Of a stretch of 64,000 bases of DNA, positions 12,779-24,714 are shown piece by piece. The stretch is from Octopus sinensis. Its lineage: Eukaryota. Position 1 is the stretch's first letter, and every line of letters begins with the position of its first letter. The notes beneath the pieces are model-generated. The model saw nothing but the letters and a program-made list of their open reading frames with translations, was not told the DNA's origin and made no database searches. The DNA lies in contig NW_021830462.1 in assembly GCF_006345805.1 (NCBI RefSeq), positions 1-64,000 on the forward strand. Direction: 5' to 3'. The position numbers and the translations under genes were made by a program.

Positions 12779-13298
12779 CCTATATATATATATAAAAGAT
12801 GATTTTGTATGCATTTAGCAGAGTTGATAAGTTGAAGCAACCAAAATATTCTGTTGATCTGAAGAGCTAGCCTTTTTTAATATATCTGAATTTTATTTGT
12901 AAATGTACAACAGTACTGTACATTGTGTAATGTACATAATGGTGCAGACATGTAAAATAATTTATTATACACTAAAATTATTATTACATGATGAAGGCAG
13001 TGAAACGGCTGTTACCCTATGAATGTCAAATGGTGAAATAGATATAGTCACCTCTCATACCTCCTGCCTTTTTATTATATACATACATACTGGGATTAAT
13101 ATGCTTGACTATGCGCTTGAAAGTGGCATCCCAGCATAAGTGCAGTACAATTACTAAAAGCAGTAATAGAATAAATACACAAAGAGCTTCTGTGCAGTTT
13201 CTGCCTACCAAATCTAATTTAGTGAAGTAGAATATTTATTACATTATAACTGAAGGTCACTACTTTTCCATTACTTCAAATTTTTAATCCTATTGCAG

Positions 13299-13387
13299 TC
13301 ATCCAATGGTATGTCCTTGCAGGATTATACACAGCATTGGTGATTGCTTACAGGACGGAATGCCACAGATCTCTGAGTTGTTTTTAA
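13299..13387 (+). CDS. Possible terminal coding exon (xIQWYVLAGLYTALVIAYRTECHRSLSCF*), transmembrane-like, unidentified
   Basis: TTTTTAATCCTATTGCAG acceptor; hydrophobic protein-like frame ending at TAA 13385-13387; no homolog recognised. Confidence 0.25.
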
Positions 13388-13725
13388 CTTCTGACTAACC
13401 TTAAATTTCTAACTGGATTTAATGTTTACATTGGATCAATCAATCAGGTACTGTATCATTATTGTAATATGACAAACATAACTTGTTCACATGAATGAAT
13501 TTTGTCTTTATTTCCTTCTTTATATATATAAATTATCACATATGAAAACTATCGGCTGTAGAAAATTAGTATTTCATAGCTACATTCATTTATTGCATGT
13601 TGCATTTAGTCATATACCATTTGAGCTCAAAACTATCACATTTCTTAAGTTTCATACATAACTAGATGAGACCGTTATGTTCTCTTCATTTCAGCCGCCT
13701 GAATTTCTAAAGAATCTGCTCCTAT

Positions 13726-14112
13726 GTGGAAGCACTCCGTTGGTTACGACGATGAGGGTTCCGGTTGATCCAAATCAACGGAACAGCCTGCTCGTGAAAT
13801 TAACGTGTAAGTGGCTGAGCACTCCACAGACACGTGTACCCTTAACGTAGTTCTCGGGGATATTCAGCGTGACACAGAGAGTGACAAGGCCGGCCCTTTG
13901 AAATACAGGTACAACAGAAACAGGAAGTAAGAGTGAGAGAAAGTTGTGGTGAAAGAGTACAGCAGGGATCACCACCATCCCCTGCCGGAGCCTCGTGGAG
14001 CTTTTAGGTGTTTTCGCTCAATAAACACTCACAACGCCTGGTCTGGGAATCAAAGCTGCGATCCTATGACCGCGAGTCCGCTGCCCTAACCACTGGGCCA
14101 TTGTGCCTCCAC
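13726..14112 (-). mobile_element. tRNA-derived SINE family B (octopus OR1-like), full length, 10-bp TSD
   Basis: tRNA-like head GTGGAGGCACAATGGCCCAGTGGTTAGGGCAGCGG on the minus strand; TSD CTGCTCCTAT at 13716-13725 and 14113-14122. Confidence 0.9.
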
Positions 14113-14975
14113 CTGCTCCTATAGATTAGGCTGGAAACCCAACATTTCCAGAGATAACTGCTCAATTGTTGGTTACTTTCAAAATTTGCAAGAACCAAAC
14201 CTTTTCCCTTAATCATTACAGAAATTCAAAGGTATTCCTGTTTCCATGTCTGAAAACTCTTCTTATTTCTTGCAGTCTTTGTGGCTTAACCATTTCTAAA
14301 TATCTTATTTAGAACTATTACATATCTACAGTTAAATTAACTCCTATGAAGGTTAGTTTTCAATATCAAGCTCATCATTATCTTTCTTCCAAAGGTATTC
14401 CTCATCTTCATGAATAATAAATATCCTATTCAACATCATATGGAATATTGTTGCCACATCTAGACCGGTATCACTGCTAATATAATTGCTCTCCTTCAGT
14501 ATTTCATTCATTTTTACATTGTGGACTCATATCTCACCAAGGTTGACTTTGCCTTTCATCCATTTCAGAGTCGATAGGTACCCCATTGAATATTGGGGTC
14601 AATGTAATCAACTTAGCTCCTCCTCTTCCTACTCCTGAAATTGCTGGATTTGAGCCAAAATTTGAAACAAATATTATTTTTCTCTTTGACTGAGTTCAAA
14701 AGTGATTTTCTAACATTGTTGACTCATTAATCTCTCTCATTTTTTATATAAATCTTTCTGTGGTCATTTTCTACCGGATTTTCTTCTCGTATATCTCTTG
14801 CTAAGTTTACAAATCAAGCAACTTGTTTTTCTACTAACTGTCATCCATTCACTGTCGTTGATCCCCCTTGTTGTGTCAAGAAAACCTTCTCCTTTGATAG
14901 CTTCTTTCTGCAAACATCTGTCTTAAGGAATCTTCTTTCTTCTTGTTTCCCTGTTGATATAATCTTAATTCTTTT

Positions 14976-15370
14976 TTGTGGAGGCGCAATGGCCCAGTGG
15001 TTAGGGCAGCGGACTTGCGGTCGTAGGATCGCGGTTTCGATTCCCAAACCGGGCGTTGTGAGTGTTTATTGAGCGAAAACACTTAAAGCTCCACGAGGCT
15101 CCGGCAGGTGATGGTGGTGATCCCTGCTGTACTCTTTCACCACAACTTTCTCTCACTCTTACTTCCTGTTTCTGTTGTACCTGTATTTCAAAGGGCCGGC
15201 CTTGTCACTCTCTGTGTCACGCTGAATATCCCTGAGAACTACGTTAAGGGTACACGTGTCTGTGGAGTGCTCAGCCACTTACACGTTAATTTCGCGAGCA
15301 GGCTGTTCCGTTGATCGGATCAACCGGAACCCTCATCGTCGTAACCGACGGAGTGCTTCCATTTTTTTCC
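14976..15370 (+). mobile_element. SINE family B, full length, 15-bp TSD
   Basis: TSD AATCTTAATTCTTTT at 14961-14975 and 15371-15385; A-box/B-box-like TGGCCCAGTGG and GGTTTCGATTCCC. Confidence 0.9.
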
Positions 15371-15534
15371 AATCTTAATTCTTTTAAAGTTAACATTGAT
15401 CATTTTATGAGTTTTAAAGCAGTTTCTCATTAGATTTTCCCCTGCTTTTCTTTTGTAACTTTGCACAGACTAAATGGTTGCTTGGGGCCTATTTTGCCAC
15501 CTAAATGTGAGGGACTTCAAAATATAAAATAATA

Positions 15535-15917
15535 GGAGGAAGCACTCCGTCGGTTACGACAATGAGGGTTCCGGTTGATCCGACCAACGGAACAGCTGCT
15601 TGTGAAATTAACGTGTAAGTGGCTGAGCACTCCACAGACACGCGTACCCTTAACGTAGTTCTCGGGGAATATTCGTGTGACACAGAGAGTGACAAGGCGG
15701 CCCTTTGAAATACAGGTACAACAGAAACGGAAGTAAGAGTAAGAGAAAGTTGTGTTGAAAGAGTACAGCAGGGATCACCACCATCACCTGCCGGAGGCCT
15801 TGTGGAGCTTTAGGTGTTTTCGCTCAATAAACACTCACAACGCCCGGTCTGGGAATCGAAACCGCGATCCTACGACCGCGAGTCCGCTGCCCTAACCACT
15901 GGGCCATTGCGCCTCCG
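15535..15917 (-). mobile_element. SINE family B, full length, 11-bp TSD
   Basis: TSD ATAAAATAATA at 15524-15534 and 15918-15928. Confidence 0.88.
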
Positions 15918-16235
15918 ATAAAATAATAATAATAGTAATAAAAAAACATGGGATGTGTCAACTGTACAAGCTGACCAAAATTTATAAATAACCTAGCAAT
16001 TAAATCATCTGTATACAATAAAATTCCTGGTTCTGACAAAATAAAAGCAACATGTTGTTAAACTGGAGTATATTTAGATTAATTGTGAAACTAATTTTAG
16101 AATTAAATCCCAAATAGTTTTTGTCAATTATAGGATAAATCTGCAATATATTTTACAAACATATATGAGGTTATAACCCCAATATTATCATTTAATTCAA
16201 TATATATTTTTAAGTATATTACCTTGGAATAAATA

Positions 16236-16640
16236 CTGATTTCAAATTTTGGCACAAGGCCAGCAATTTTAGGGGAGGTGTTAAGTCAATTACATCAACA
16301 GAGTTCAACTGGTAATTATTTCATCAAATGCAAAAGGATCAAAGGTAAAGCTGACATTGGTAAAATTTAAACTCAGAACATGACAGACAAAATTCCACTA
16401 AATATTTTGTCCTGCGTGCTAACGTTTCTGCCAGCTTGTTGCCTTATCTTGGTGTAAATATTGATTTCAAATTTTGGCACAACACCAGCAATTTTGGGGT
16501 TAAGGAATCAATTACATCAACCACAATGCTTCACTGGTACTCATTTTATTGACCCTGAAAGGATGAAATGCAAAGTCAACCTTGGAAGAGTTTGAACTCA
16601 GCGCATAAAGATGTATGAAATGCTATTAAGCATTTTGTCA
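16236..16640 (-). mobile_element. Two tandem older SINE family C copies; the second is split by the family A copy at 16645
   Basis: GATTTCAAATTTTGGCACAA..CAGCAATTTT twice; the remainder ATGCAAACAGTTCTGCCAGCTC resumes at ~17079. Confidence 0.65.
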
Positions 16641-16644
16641 TCAA

Positions 16645-17077
16645 GCGCAGGAGTGGCTGTGTGGTAAGTAGCTTGCTAACCAACCACATGGTTCCAGGTT
16701 CAGTCCCACTGCGTGGCACCTTCGGCAAGTGTCTTCTGCTATAGCCTTGGGCCGACCAAAGCCTTGTGAGTGGATTTGGTAGACGGAAACTGAAAGAAGC
16801 CCATCGTATATATGTATACATATATATATATATATGTGTGTGTGTGTTTGTGTGTGTGTGTTTGTGTGTCTGTGTTTGTCGCCTTAGCATTGCTTGACAA
16901 CCGATGCTGGTGTGTTTATGTCCCCGTTACTTAGCGGTTCGGCAAAAGAGACCGATAGAATAAGTACTGGGCTTAGAAAAGAATAAGTCCCGGGGTCAAG
17001 TTGCTCAATTAAAGGCGGTGCTCCAGCATGGCCGCAGTCAAATGACTGAAACAAGTAAAAGAGAGTAAAGAGTAAAG
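16645..17077 (+). mobile_element. SINE family A, full length, nested in family C
   Basis: Identity to other family A copies. Confidence 0.9.
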
Positions 17078-17981
17078 CATGCAAACAGTTCTGCCAGCTC
17101 TCTGTCTTAGATCGGTGTAAGTATTACAACTGTTTTTCACACACCAGCTAAAGTAAATTGCATGATATTAACCCTTCTGTTTGGGAAGGGAATCGAATTG
17201 CTCTGAAAGTATGTCACTGTAGTGTCAGCCTATGTTCAGTAGGAAATTAGTTGGTGTATAACCCCAATATTTTGTGCAGCATGACTGATATATGTTTAAG
17301 AATATCTTACATGGCATGCAAACATCAAATGTTTCTTTGCACACCGAAGTACAATAAATTTAATAAGCAAATGTAATGAATGAATGAATACATATCATAA
17401 TAAATAATAGAAGAGCTATATCAAAAATGGAACAAGAATATATTAAATAAAGATACATATAAGGCATAAATATAAATAAATAATAAATGAAAATTGTTAA
17501 AAATAATCAATAATGATAATAATAATAATAATAGCAATAGAAATAAATAAATGAATAACTACATAAAATAGAATTTTTTTAAAATGTTAGTAGTCCATTA
17601 ATTTTTCTTGAAATCCACATTCATATTGATGACCTTCTTAATTAAAGTCTTTGGAAGAAGTTGGAAATTATCAAGAGTAATAGCACCAAAAAACGAAACC
17701 AAAACCAGTTCTAAAATACAAAACAAACCAAAAAGTAATATGACAGATATATGTAAAAAAGATGTCAAATACAAGAAAACAGAAAAAAAAAAAATACAAA
17801 CCATAAAAAGTTTTTGCTGTATTTTGAAATTTAAAATATAAAGGGGAAAAAAAAATCATTCTTACTTGCTTTATAACTAGTTTCAAACATTGAGAATTTA
17901 TTATTGTTGTTGCTTTCTTTCTTCCTGTGTTATCATTGTCATAAAAGACACATTCATTGCTTTGATATGTTTATATGATGG

Positions 17982-18445
17982 TAAGGCAGAGAGTTGGCAG
18001 AATTGTTAGCACGCTGGGCGAAATGCTTAGCAGTTATTTTGTCTGTCTTCGTGTTCTGAGTTCAAATGCTGCCAGGGTCGATTTTGCCTTTCATCCTTTC
18101 ATGGTTGATAAGTACCTATTTCTTTATTACCCACAAGGGGCTAAACGCAGAGGGGACAAACAAGGACAGACACAGGTATTAAATCGATTACATCGACCCA
18201 GAGTGCGTAACTGGTACTTAATTTATCGACCCCAAAAGGATGAAAGGCAAAGTCGACCTCGGCGGAATTTGAACTCACAACGTAACAGCAGACAAAATAC
18301 CGCTAAGCATTTCGCCAGGTATGCTAACGTTTCTGCCAGCTCGCCGCCTTTTATAAGTACCAGTTACTCACTGGGGAGTCAATGTAATCCACTTGCCCCC
18401 TCCCACACAATTTCAGGCCTTGTGCCTATAGTAGAAAAGGATATT
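17982..18445 (+). mobile_element. Older SINE family C copy interrupted by an inverted young copy
   Basis: GGCAGAGAGTTGGCAGAATTGTTAGCACGCTGGGCGAAATGCTTAGC head; resumes AGTTACTCACTGGGGAGTC after 18361. Confidence 0.7.
18117..18352 (-). mobile_element. Young SINE family C copy with 9-bp TSD
   Basis: TSD ATAAGTACC at 18108-18116 and 18353-18361. Confidence 0.85.
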
Positions 18446-18584
18446 ATGTATGATAGTGGTGGTGGTAGTAGTAGTAGGAGGAGGAGCTGTAGTAAGAATT
18501 GATATAGCTGTAGTAATAGTAATAGCCATGAATTTTTCCCTTGGTAAAGAGTAGGGTGCTTCGGTAAGAAATTATTATTATCAT

Positions 18585-18780
18585 TAGCACACTGAATAAA
18601 ATACTTGTAGTATTTTATCTATCTTTACTTTCTGAGTTCAAATTCTTTTGAGATAGACTTTGCCTTTCATCCTTTCAGAGTCTATGAAATAAGTACCAGT
18701 TGAAGAATGAGGTCGATGTAATCAACAAGTTCCCTCCCCCAAAATGTCAGGCCTTGCACCTCTGGTAAAAAGGATTATTA
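18585..18780 (+). mobile_element. Older SINE family C fragment
   Basis: TTCTGAGTTCAAATT...GACTTTGCCTTTCATCCTTTC...AATAAGTACCAGTT. Confidence 0.65.
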
Positions 18781-19267
18781 TAGTACCAGCGAACTACTGG
18801 GGCTGATGTGACTGACTAGTCCCCTCCTCACACTTTTGTCACTGCTGGCTGGAACCACTTCCTTTTGCACGTTGCTTTCACACTGTAGAGTCGTGTTTCC
18901 GTGCGCTGCTGGAGCATCCTCCATCTAAGCCGGAGGATTGCTTTTCTCGTTTGTTTTCTTGTTTGTTTTGATTTCTCGTATTGTATTTTCTCTTTGTTTC
19001 TCGTTTTGTGTTTTCTTGTGCATGTGTTTTTGTCTTGTATTTTATTGTGCAGTTTTGTTGTTACGTCCTGTTTGTGTTGCATTTTTTCGTGCTTGTTTTG
19101 CCCCTCTGCGAGGTAATTTTATTTTGGTTTCTCGCAGGAGGGCCTAGTTTTGATGAGTTGTGTCCTGTCTTGCCTTCGAAGCACGCTTGAGTCTGCTAGT
19201 GACAGCTGATGATTGGGGATTTTTCCTTGTGTAGCATGTCCTGTACTCTGTTTTTCTGTTGTAAAAA

Positions 19268-19421
19268 AATGTTTTCCCCGTTTTCGTTTCTCGTTCTACG
19301 TCTAGTTGTGGTGTCCTGTACTCACGTATATATATTTATATATGCATGTATATATACATGTAGATATAGGTACGTACATATGTATGTATGTATGCATATA
19401 TTTTATTTATTACACCATATA

Positions 19422-19453
<32 letters not shown>

Positions 19454-19600
19454 GGTGTAATAAATAAAATATATGCATACATACAAACATATATGTACGT
19501 ACCTATATCTACATGTATATATACATGCATATATAAATATATCGTGAGTACAGGACACCACAACTAGACGTAGAACGAGAAACGAAAACGGGAAAACATT
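19268..19600. repeat. Foldback inverted duplication (~150-bp arms) centred on a (TA)n tract
   Basis: ATGTTTTCCCCGTTTTCGTTTCTCGTTCTACGTCTAGTTGTGGTGTCCTGTACTCACG.. is mirrored by ..CGTGAGTACAGGACACCACAACTAGACGTAGAACGAGAAACGAAAACGGGAAAACAT. Confidence 0.9.
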
Positions 19601-19667
19601 CGGATATTTATTGATCAGGACCTCGTATATATGCATACATACATACATGCATACATACATATATATA

Positions 19668-19701
<34 letters not shown>

Positions 19702-19709
19702 CATATATA

Positions 19710-20545
19710 CGAGGTCTGATCAAAAATATCCGGACTGTTGCCAAAGTAACGAAGTTAAAGTTCGCAGAATAAAGCTGCTTGGCCCAGATTGACCTTAAAT
19801 TCTGCTGTGCATGTGTACAAAGTTTTAACGTTCTAGATCACTTCCTCTGTTTACAGCAGTACTTGGAAGGAAGGTGCGTAGCGTGTGATCTGTGCATTGA
19901 AAATGACAGAGAAAGTCGAGCAGACAATCTGCATAAAATTTTGTCAAAAGCTTGGCGATACCTGCTCTTTCAAAAATATTTCAGCATTCTCGACACAATC
20001 AAGATTTTGTGCAACTGAAACACAAGTGTATTCTAGGTCAGCTAAAAGCAGTTTTCACACAAAGTTGGCAGATATGTGTCTCATGCCCAAATCGTCAGTG
20101 ATAACAGACTGAACTGAACTGAACTATAACTAATCTGAACATCCACATCCTCTGATAACTCATGCATGCTGATTCAACATTTTCCCTCACAGCTGAATGC
20201 ACATCTTCGATGTTTTTCTCAGTTCTGCCAGTTGCGAGTCTCCCAGAATGTTCGTCAATCTCAACATTTTTCCGGCCATCTTGGAAACGTGTGAACCACT
20301 CGTACACTTGTGTGTGACTCATAAACTCCTCTCCATACACTTTCTGTAATGCTGCTTATGCTCTGAGCAGGACAAGTCTCTCTGTCATGGTCAATGCAAC
20401 AATCACATACTACACACTTTCCTTCCAAGCAGTACTATAAATAGCAGAAGTGAGCTACAATGTTAAAACTTAGTGCACAAGGACATCAAAGCTTTAGCTT
20501 CATCATTACTATAGCAACAGTCCGGAACTTATTGATCAGACCTCA
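19710..20545 (+). mobile_element. Mariner DNA transposon relic (836 bp) with TIRs, TA TSD and an inverted internal segment
   Basis: TIRs CGAGGTCTGATCAAAAATATCCGGACTGTTGC and its reverse complement ending 20545; transposase HTH MTEKVEQTICIKFCQKLGDTC on +, continuing VYGEEFMSHTQVYEWFTRFQDGRKNVEIDEHSGR on -. Confidence 0.9.
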
Positions 20546-20579
20546 TAATATATAGTATGTATATATATATATGTATATA

Positions 20580-20614
<35 letters not shown>

Positions 20615-20637
20615 TATATATATATATAATGTATGTA

Positions 20638-20761
<124 letters not shown>

Positions 20762-20762
20762 G

Positions 20763-21009
20763 TGTGAGGTGTGTGGCATAGTGGTTAGGGTGTCAGCATC
20801 ATGATTGTAAGATTGTGGCTTCGATTCCTGGACTGGGCGACGCGTTGTGTTCTTGAGCAAAACACTTCATTTCACGTTGCTCCAGTCCACTCAGCTGGCA
20901 AAATTGAGTAACGCTGCAATGGACTGGCGTCCCATCCAGCTGAGGAAGACATACGTCATTGAAACCGGGAAACTGGGCCCATGAGCCTGGCTAGGCTTTA
21001 AAAGGGCAC
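20763..21009 (+). mobile_element. tRNA-derived SINE family B2 (OR2-like head + B2 tail)
   Basis: GTGGCATAGTGGTTAGGG..GGCTTCGATTCCTGGACTGGGCG head; AACGCTGCAATGGACTGGCGTCCC..CTAGGCTTTAAAAGGGC tail. Confidence 0.75.
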
Positions 21010-21238
21010 GTTTATTTTTATTATATATATACATGGAAATATAATATGTAACAATTATTCAGTAGCAATGATAAAACTGAGTTTTATGGCTACTGAATAA
21101 TTGTCACATATTATATTTACAGATACATTCCTCTATCTACATAATATCGAGGTCTCTTTCATTCTTTTGTTGTCTTACCATTTCTATCAATATATATATG
21201 TGTGTGTGTGTGTATACATATTTATATGCATATATGTA

Positions 21239-21562
21239 GTGAGGGCACGTGGCTTAGTGGTTAGGGCATTCGTCTCATGATTGTAAGGTTGTGAGTTCGA
21301 TTCCCGGCGACGCGTTGTGTCCTTGAGCAAGACACTTTATTTCATGTTGCTCCAGTCCACTCAGCTGGCAAAAATGAGTTGTACTTGTATTTCAAAGGGT
21401 CAGCCTTGTCACTCTCTGTGTCACGCTGATTATCCCCGAGAACTACGTTAAGGGTACACGTGTCTGTGGAATGCTCAGCCATTTGCACGTTAATTTCATG
21501 AGCAAGCTGTTCCATTGATCGTATCAGCTGCGACCCTCGTCGTCGTAACCGGCGGAGTCTTT
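21239..21562 (+). mobile_element. Chimeric SINE: B2 head + family B tail
   Basis: Head as in 20763; after CACTCAGCTGGCAAAAATGAG it switches to TTGTACTTGTATTTCAAAGGG..GTCACTCTCTGTGTCACGCTGA of family B. Confidence 0.75.
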
Positions 21563-22891
21563 AAGATATGCATATATACATACATACACACATATATATA
21601 ATATGTTTCTATGTATGTATGTATTTATGTATACACACACAAACACATGCACACACGCACACACACACATGGCAAAGATTTGAGATTTTTGTTCAGAAAC
21701 ACACCAAAGTATACACTCCAAATTTTGATCTCGTGACCTATATACTTTATCCACTCAGATATCTCGCATCTAAAATTAATGGCTACAGTAGTATTAATAA
21801 TAATAATAAAAAAAGAATGAAGAGAAAAATTCAAAACTCTTCCAAAGATATGTACTGGATACTGGGACAAAGACAAAAGAAAATGTAATATTCAAATAAA
21901 AATCATTCACAAATAATTTTCATAAGTTATTCATGGAAAGACAAATATTCAGACTAAATCTGTAATCACAGGATTCAGTAACAATTAGAAATATAAATAG
22001 ACGTTGGATATTTATCAATAGAGAGAGAAAGAGGATGAGTGAGAGAGAGAGATAGGAAGAAGTAAGAGAGAATGAATGAGGGAAAAAACGAAGGTTTAAA
22101 ATTTTCCTTCAGTTAAGAGATTGCGTCAACAAAGAATCAGGGCAAACATGTGTAACTCTAACATGAAGTTAACTTGCCGTTGCAATTTGGTTCTTTCTCA
22201 CATTTCAATAACGATATTAACATTTTATTCTTCTTTTACAAAAAAAAAAAGAAAGGAAAAAAAAACTCACAGAAAATAAAAGAAACAGGTAAACATTTAT
22301 TTATTTATCCAAAATAAAGGATACATGTTTTTGTAGGAAAAATATAGGGTGGTGTAGGGTGTTTTGAATAAATATATAAATAAATAAATGATCCGATGTT
22401 GATGAAGGGGAAAAGAACATCTGTTAAGCGTATTATTGGGAAATATCCTTAAGGCTACCTCCTAGATGAAATGAAATAAATGATGGCAATATATAAACAA
22501 AAATAACCCTTCGACAACGACAGCAAAAATGCACCTAAATTTCACATTTGCCCATCACTCCTGAGTAAGAACTATTGTACTCCAGTAACATTTCCTCAAG
22601 GAAAAATGAAATAAATAAACGACAAAATTACACCTGAGATTTTTCAGCATTGTTTAAAAACTATTATAGTTGAGAGGTGAATTGGAATTCTTCAGAACAA
22701 GAAAAGACAAGATTATCATTCCTTTAATTCATCCATTCATTTACGTGTGTGTGCGTGCATGTGTGTGTATGTACATGTGTGTGTGTTTTAGTGTATGTAT
22801 GTATTATGTATGTATATATATATATATAATATATATATATGTATACACATACACAAATGTATATACATATATTTATACAAATATATATGTA

Positions 22892-23037
22892 TAGCTTGCT
22901 AACCAACCACATGGTTCCGGGTTCAGTCCCACTACGTGGCATCTTGGGCAAGTGTCTTCTGCTATAACCCCGGGCTGACCAATGCCTTGTGAGTAGATTT
23001 GGTAGACGGAAACTGAAAGAAGCCTGTCGTATATATG

Positions 23038-23070
<33 letters not shown>

Positions 23071-23283
23071 TTGTGTGTCTGTGTTTGTTCCCTTAGCATT
23101 GCTTGACAACCAATGCTGGTGTGTTTACGTCCCCGTAACTTAGCGGTTCGGCAAAAGAGACCGATAGAATAAGTACTGGGCTTACAAAAAGAATAAGTCC
23201 CGGGGTCGAGTTGCTCAACTAAAAGGTGTTGCTCCAGCATGGCCGCAGTCAAATGACTGAAACAAGTAAAAGAGAGTAAAAAG
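22892..23283 (+). mobile_element. SINE family A, 5'-truncated
   Basis: Identity to other family A copies. Confidence 0.88.
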
Positions 23284-23419
23284 ATATATATATATATATA
23301 TGTATGTATGTATATCATTATTCAGTTTATTTCAAGATTTCTTGCCAATAAAGGACCGGTTTCTAACCTAGATCTAAGGTTCTTCATTGGAATTTCAACA
23401 TCAACAACAAGATATTTTT

Positions 23420-24238
23420 GTTTGTATGTATGTATATATGTATGTATGCATGTATGCATGTATGTATGTATGTATGTATGCATGCATGTATGTATGTATG
23501 TATGTATGTATGTATGCATGTATGCATGTATGTATGTATGTATGCATGCATGCATGTATGTATGCATGTATGTATGTATGTATGTATGTGTGTGTGTATG
23601 TATGTGTGTGTGTATGTATGTGTGTATGTATGTATGTATGCATGCATGCATGTATGTATGTATGTATGTATGTATGTATGTATGTATGCATGAATGTATG
23701 CATGTATGTATGTATGTATGTATGTATGTATGTATGTATGTATGTATGTATGTATGCATGTATGTATGTATGTATGCATGTATGTATGTATGTATGTATG
23801 TATGTATGTATGCATGGATGCAGTATGTATGCATGTGTGTATGTATGTGTGTATGTATGTAGTATGTATGTATGTATGTATGTATTATGTATGCATGTAT
23901 GCATGTATGTATGTATGTATGTATGCATGTATGTATGTATTGTATGCATGTATGTATGTATGTATGTATGTATGTATGTATGTATGTGTATGTATGTATG
24001 TATGTAGTATGCATGTATGTATGAATGTATGCATGTATGTATGCATGTATGTAGTGCATGTATGTATGTATGTATGTATGTATGTATGTATGTATGCATG
24101 TATGCATGAATGTATGCATGTATGTATGCATGTATGTATGTATGTATGTATGTATGCATTTATGTATGTATGTATGTATGTATGTATGTATGTATGTATG
24201 TATGTATGTATGTATGTATGTATGTATGTATGTACATA
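23420..24238. repeat. ~820-bp (TATG/CATG)n microsatellite
   Basis: Direct reading; source of the MYVC/HTYI ORFs. Confidence 0.95.
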
Positions 24239-24249
24239 CAAATATATCT

Positions 24250-24625
24250 TTTACTTGTTTCAGGAATTAGACTGTAGCCATGCTGAAGAATTTTAGTCAA
24301 AGAAATCAACTCCAGTATTTATTTTTTAAGTTTGGTACCTATTTTATCAATCTCTTTTGTTGAACCATTAAATTATGGGGACATACACAAACTAACTCTA
24401 GTGGTAAAGCTGTGATGAGGGACAAACAGTGACACAAAGACAAGCACACACACACATACAACAGGCTTCTTTCAGTTTCCATCTATCAAATCCACTCATA
24501 AGGCTATGGTCAGTCCAGAGCTATAATAAAGGACACTTGCCCAAAGTACCATGTAGTGGGACTGAACCTGGAACCATATGGTTGAAAAACCAATATCTTA
24601 CCACACCGACACACCTGTGCCTATG
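24250..24625 (-). mobile_element. Diverged SINE family A copy
   Basis: TTTTACTTGTTTCAG..GGCTTCTTTCAGTTTCC..GACACTTGCCCAA..GGGACTGAACCTGGAACCAT. Confidence 0.7.
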
Positions 24626-24714
24626 TAAAAGCATCTATCTCTCTCTCCCCCCCTCTCCCTCTCTCTCTATGTATATATAATATAATCAAAATAAGCAACA
24701 AGAATGATTCTGGT

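Noticed and set aside
13089-13152. Minus-strand exon-like segment IVLHLCWDATFKRIVKHINP with AG/GT boundaries
   Set aside because: The nucleotide sequence matches a decayed SINE A tail (..GCTGGG..CCAC..TAGTC.AGCA.AT..A.CCCAG..)
14976-15050. tRNA-like sequences at the heads of SINE B, B2, A and C
   Set aside because: No complete cloverleaf or acceptor stem; always fused to SINE bodies with TSDs, so not called tRNA genes
19144-19199. TTGATGAG..CGAAGCAC..GTC TGCTAG hammerhead-like motif
   Set aside because: Both core halves are mutated and stem II is unpaired; mentioned only as a possible relic
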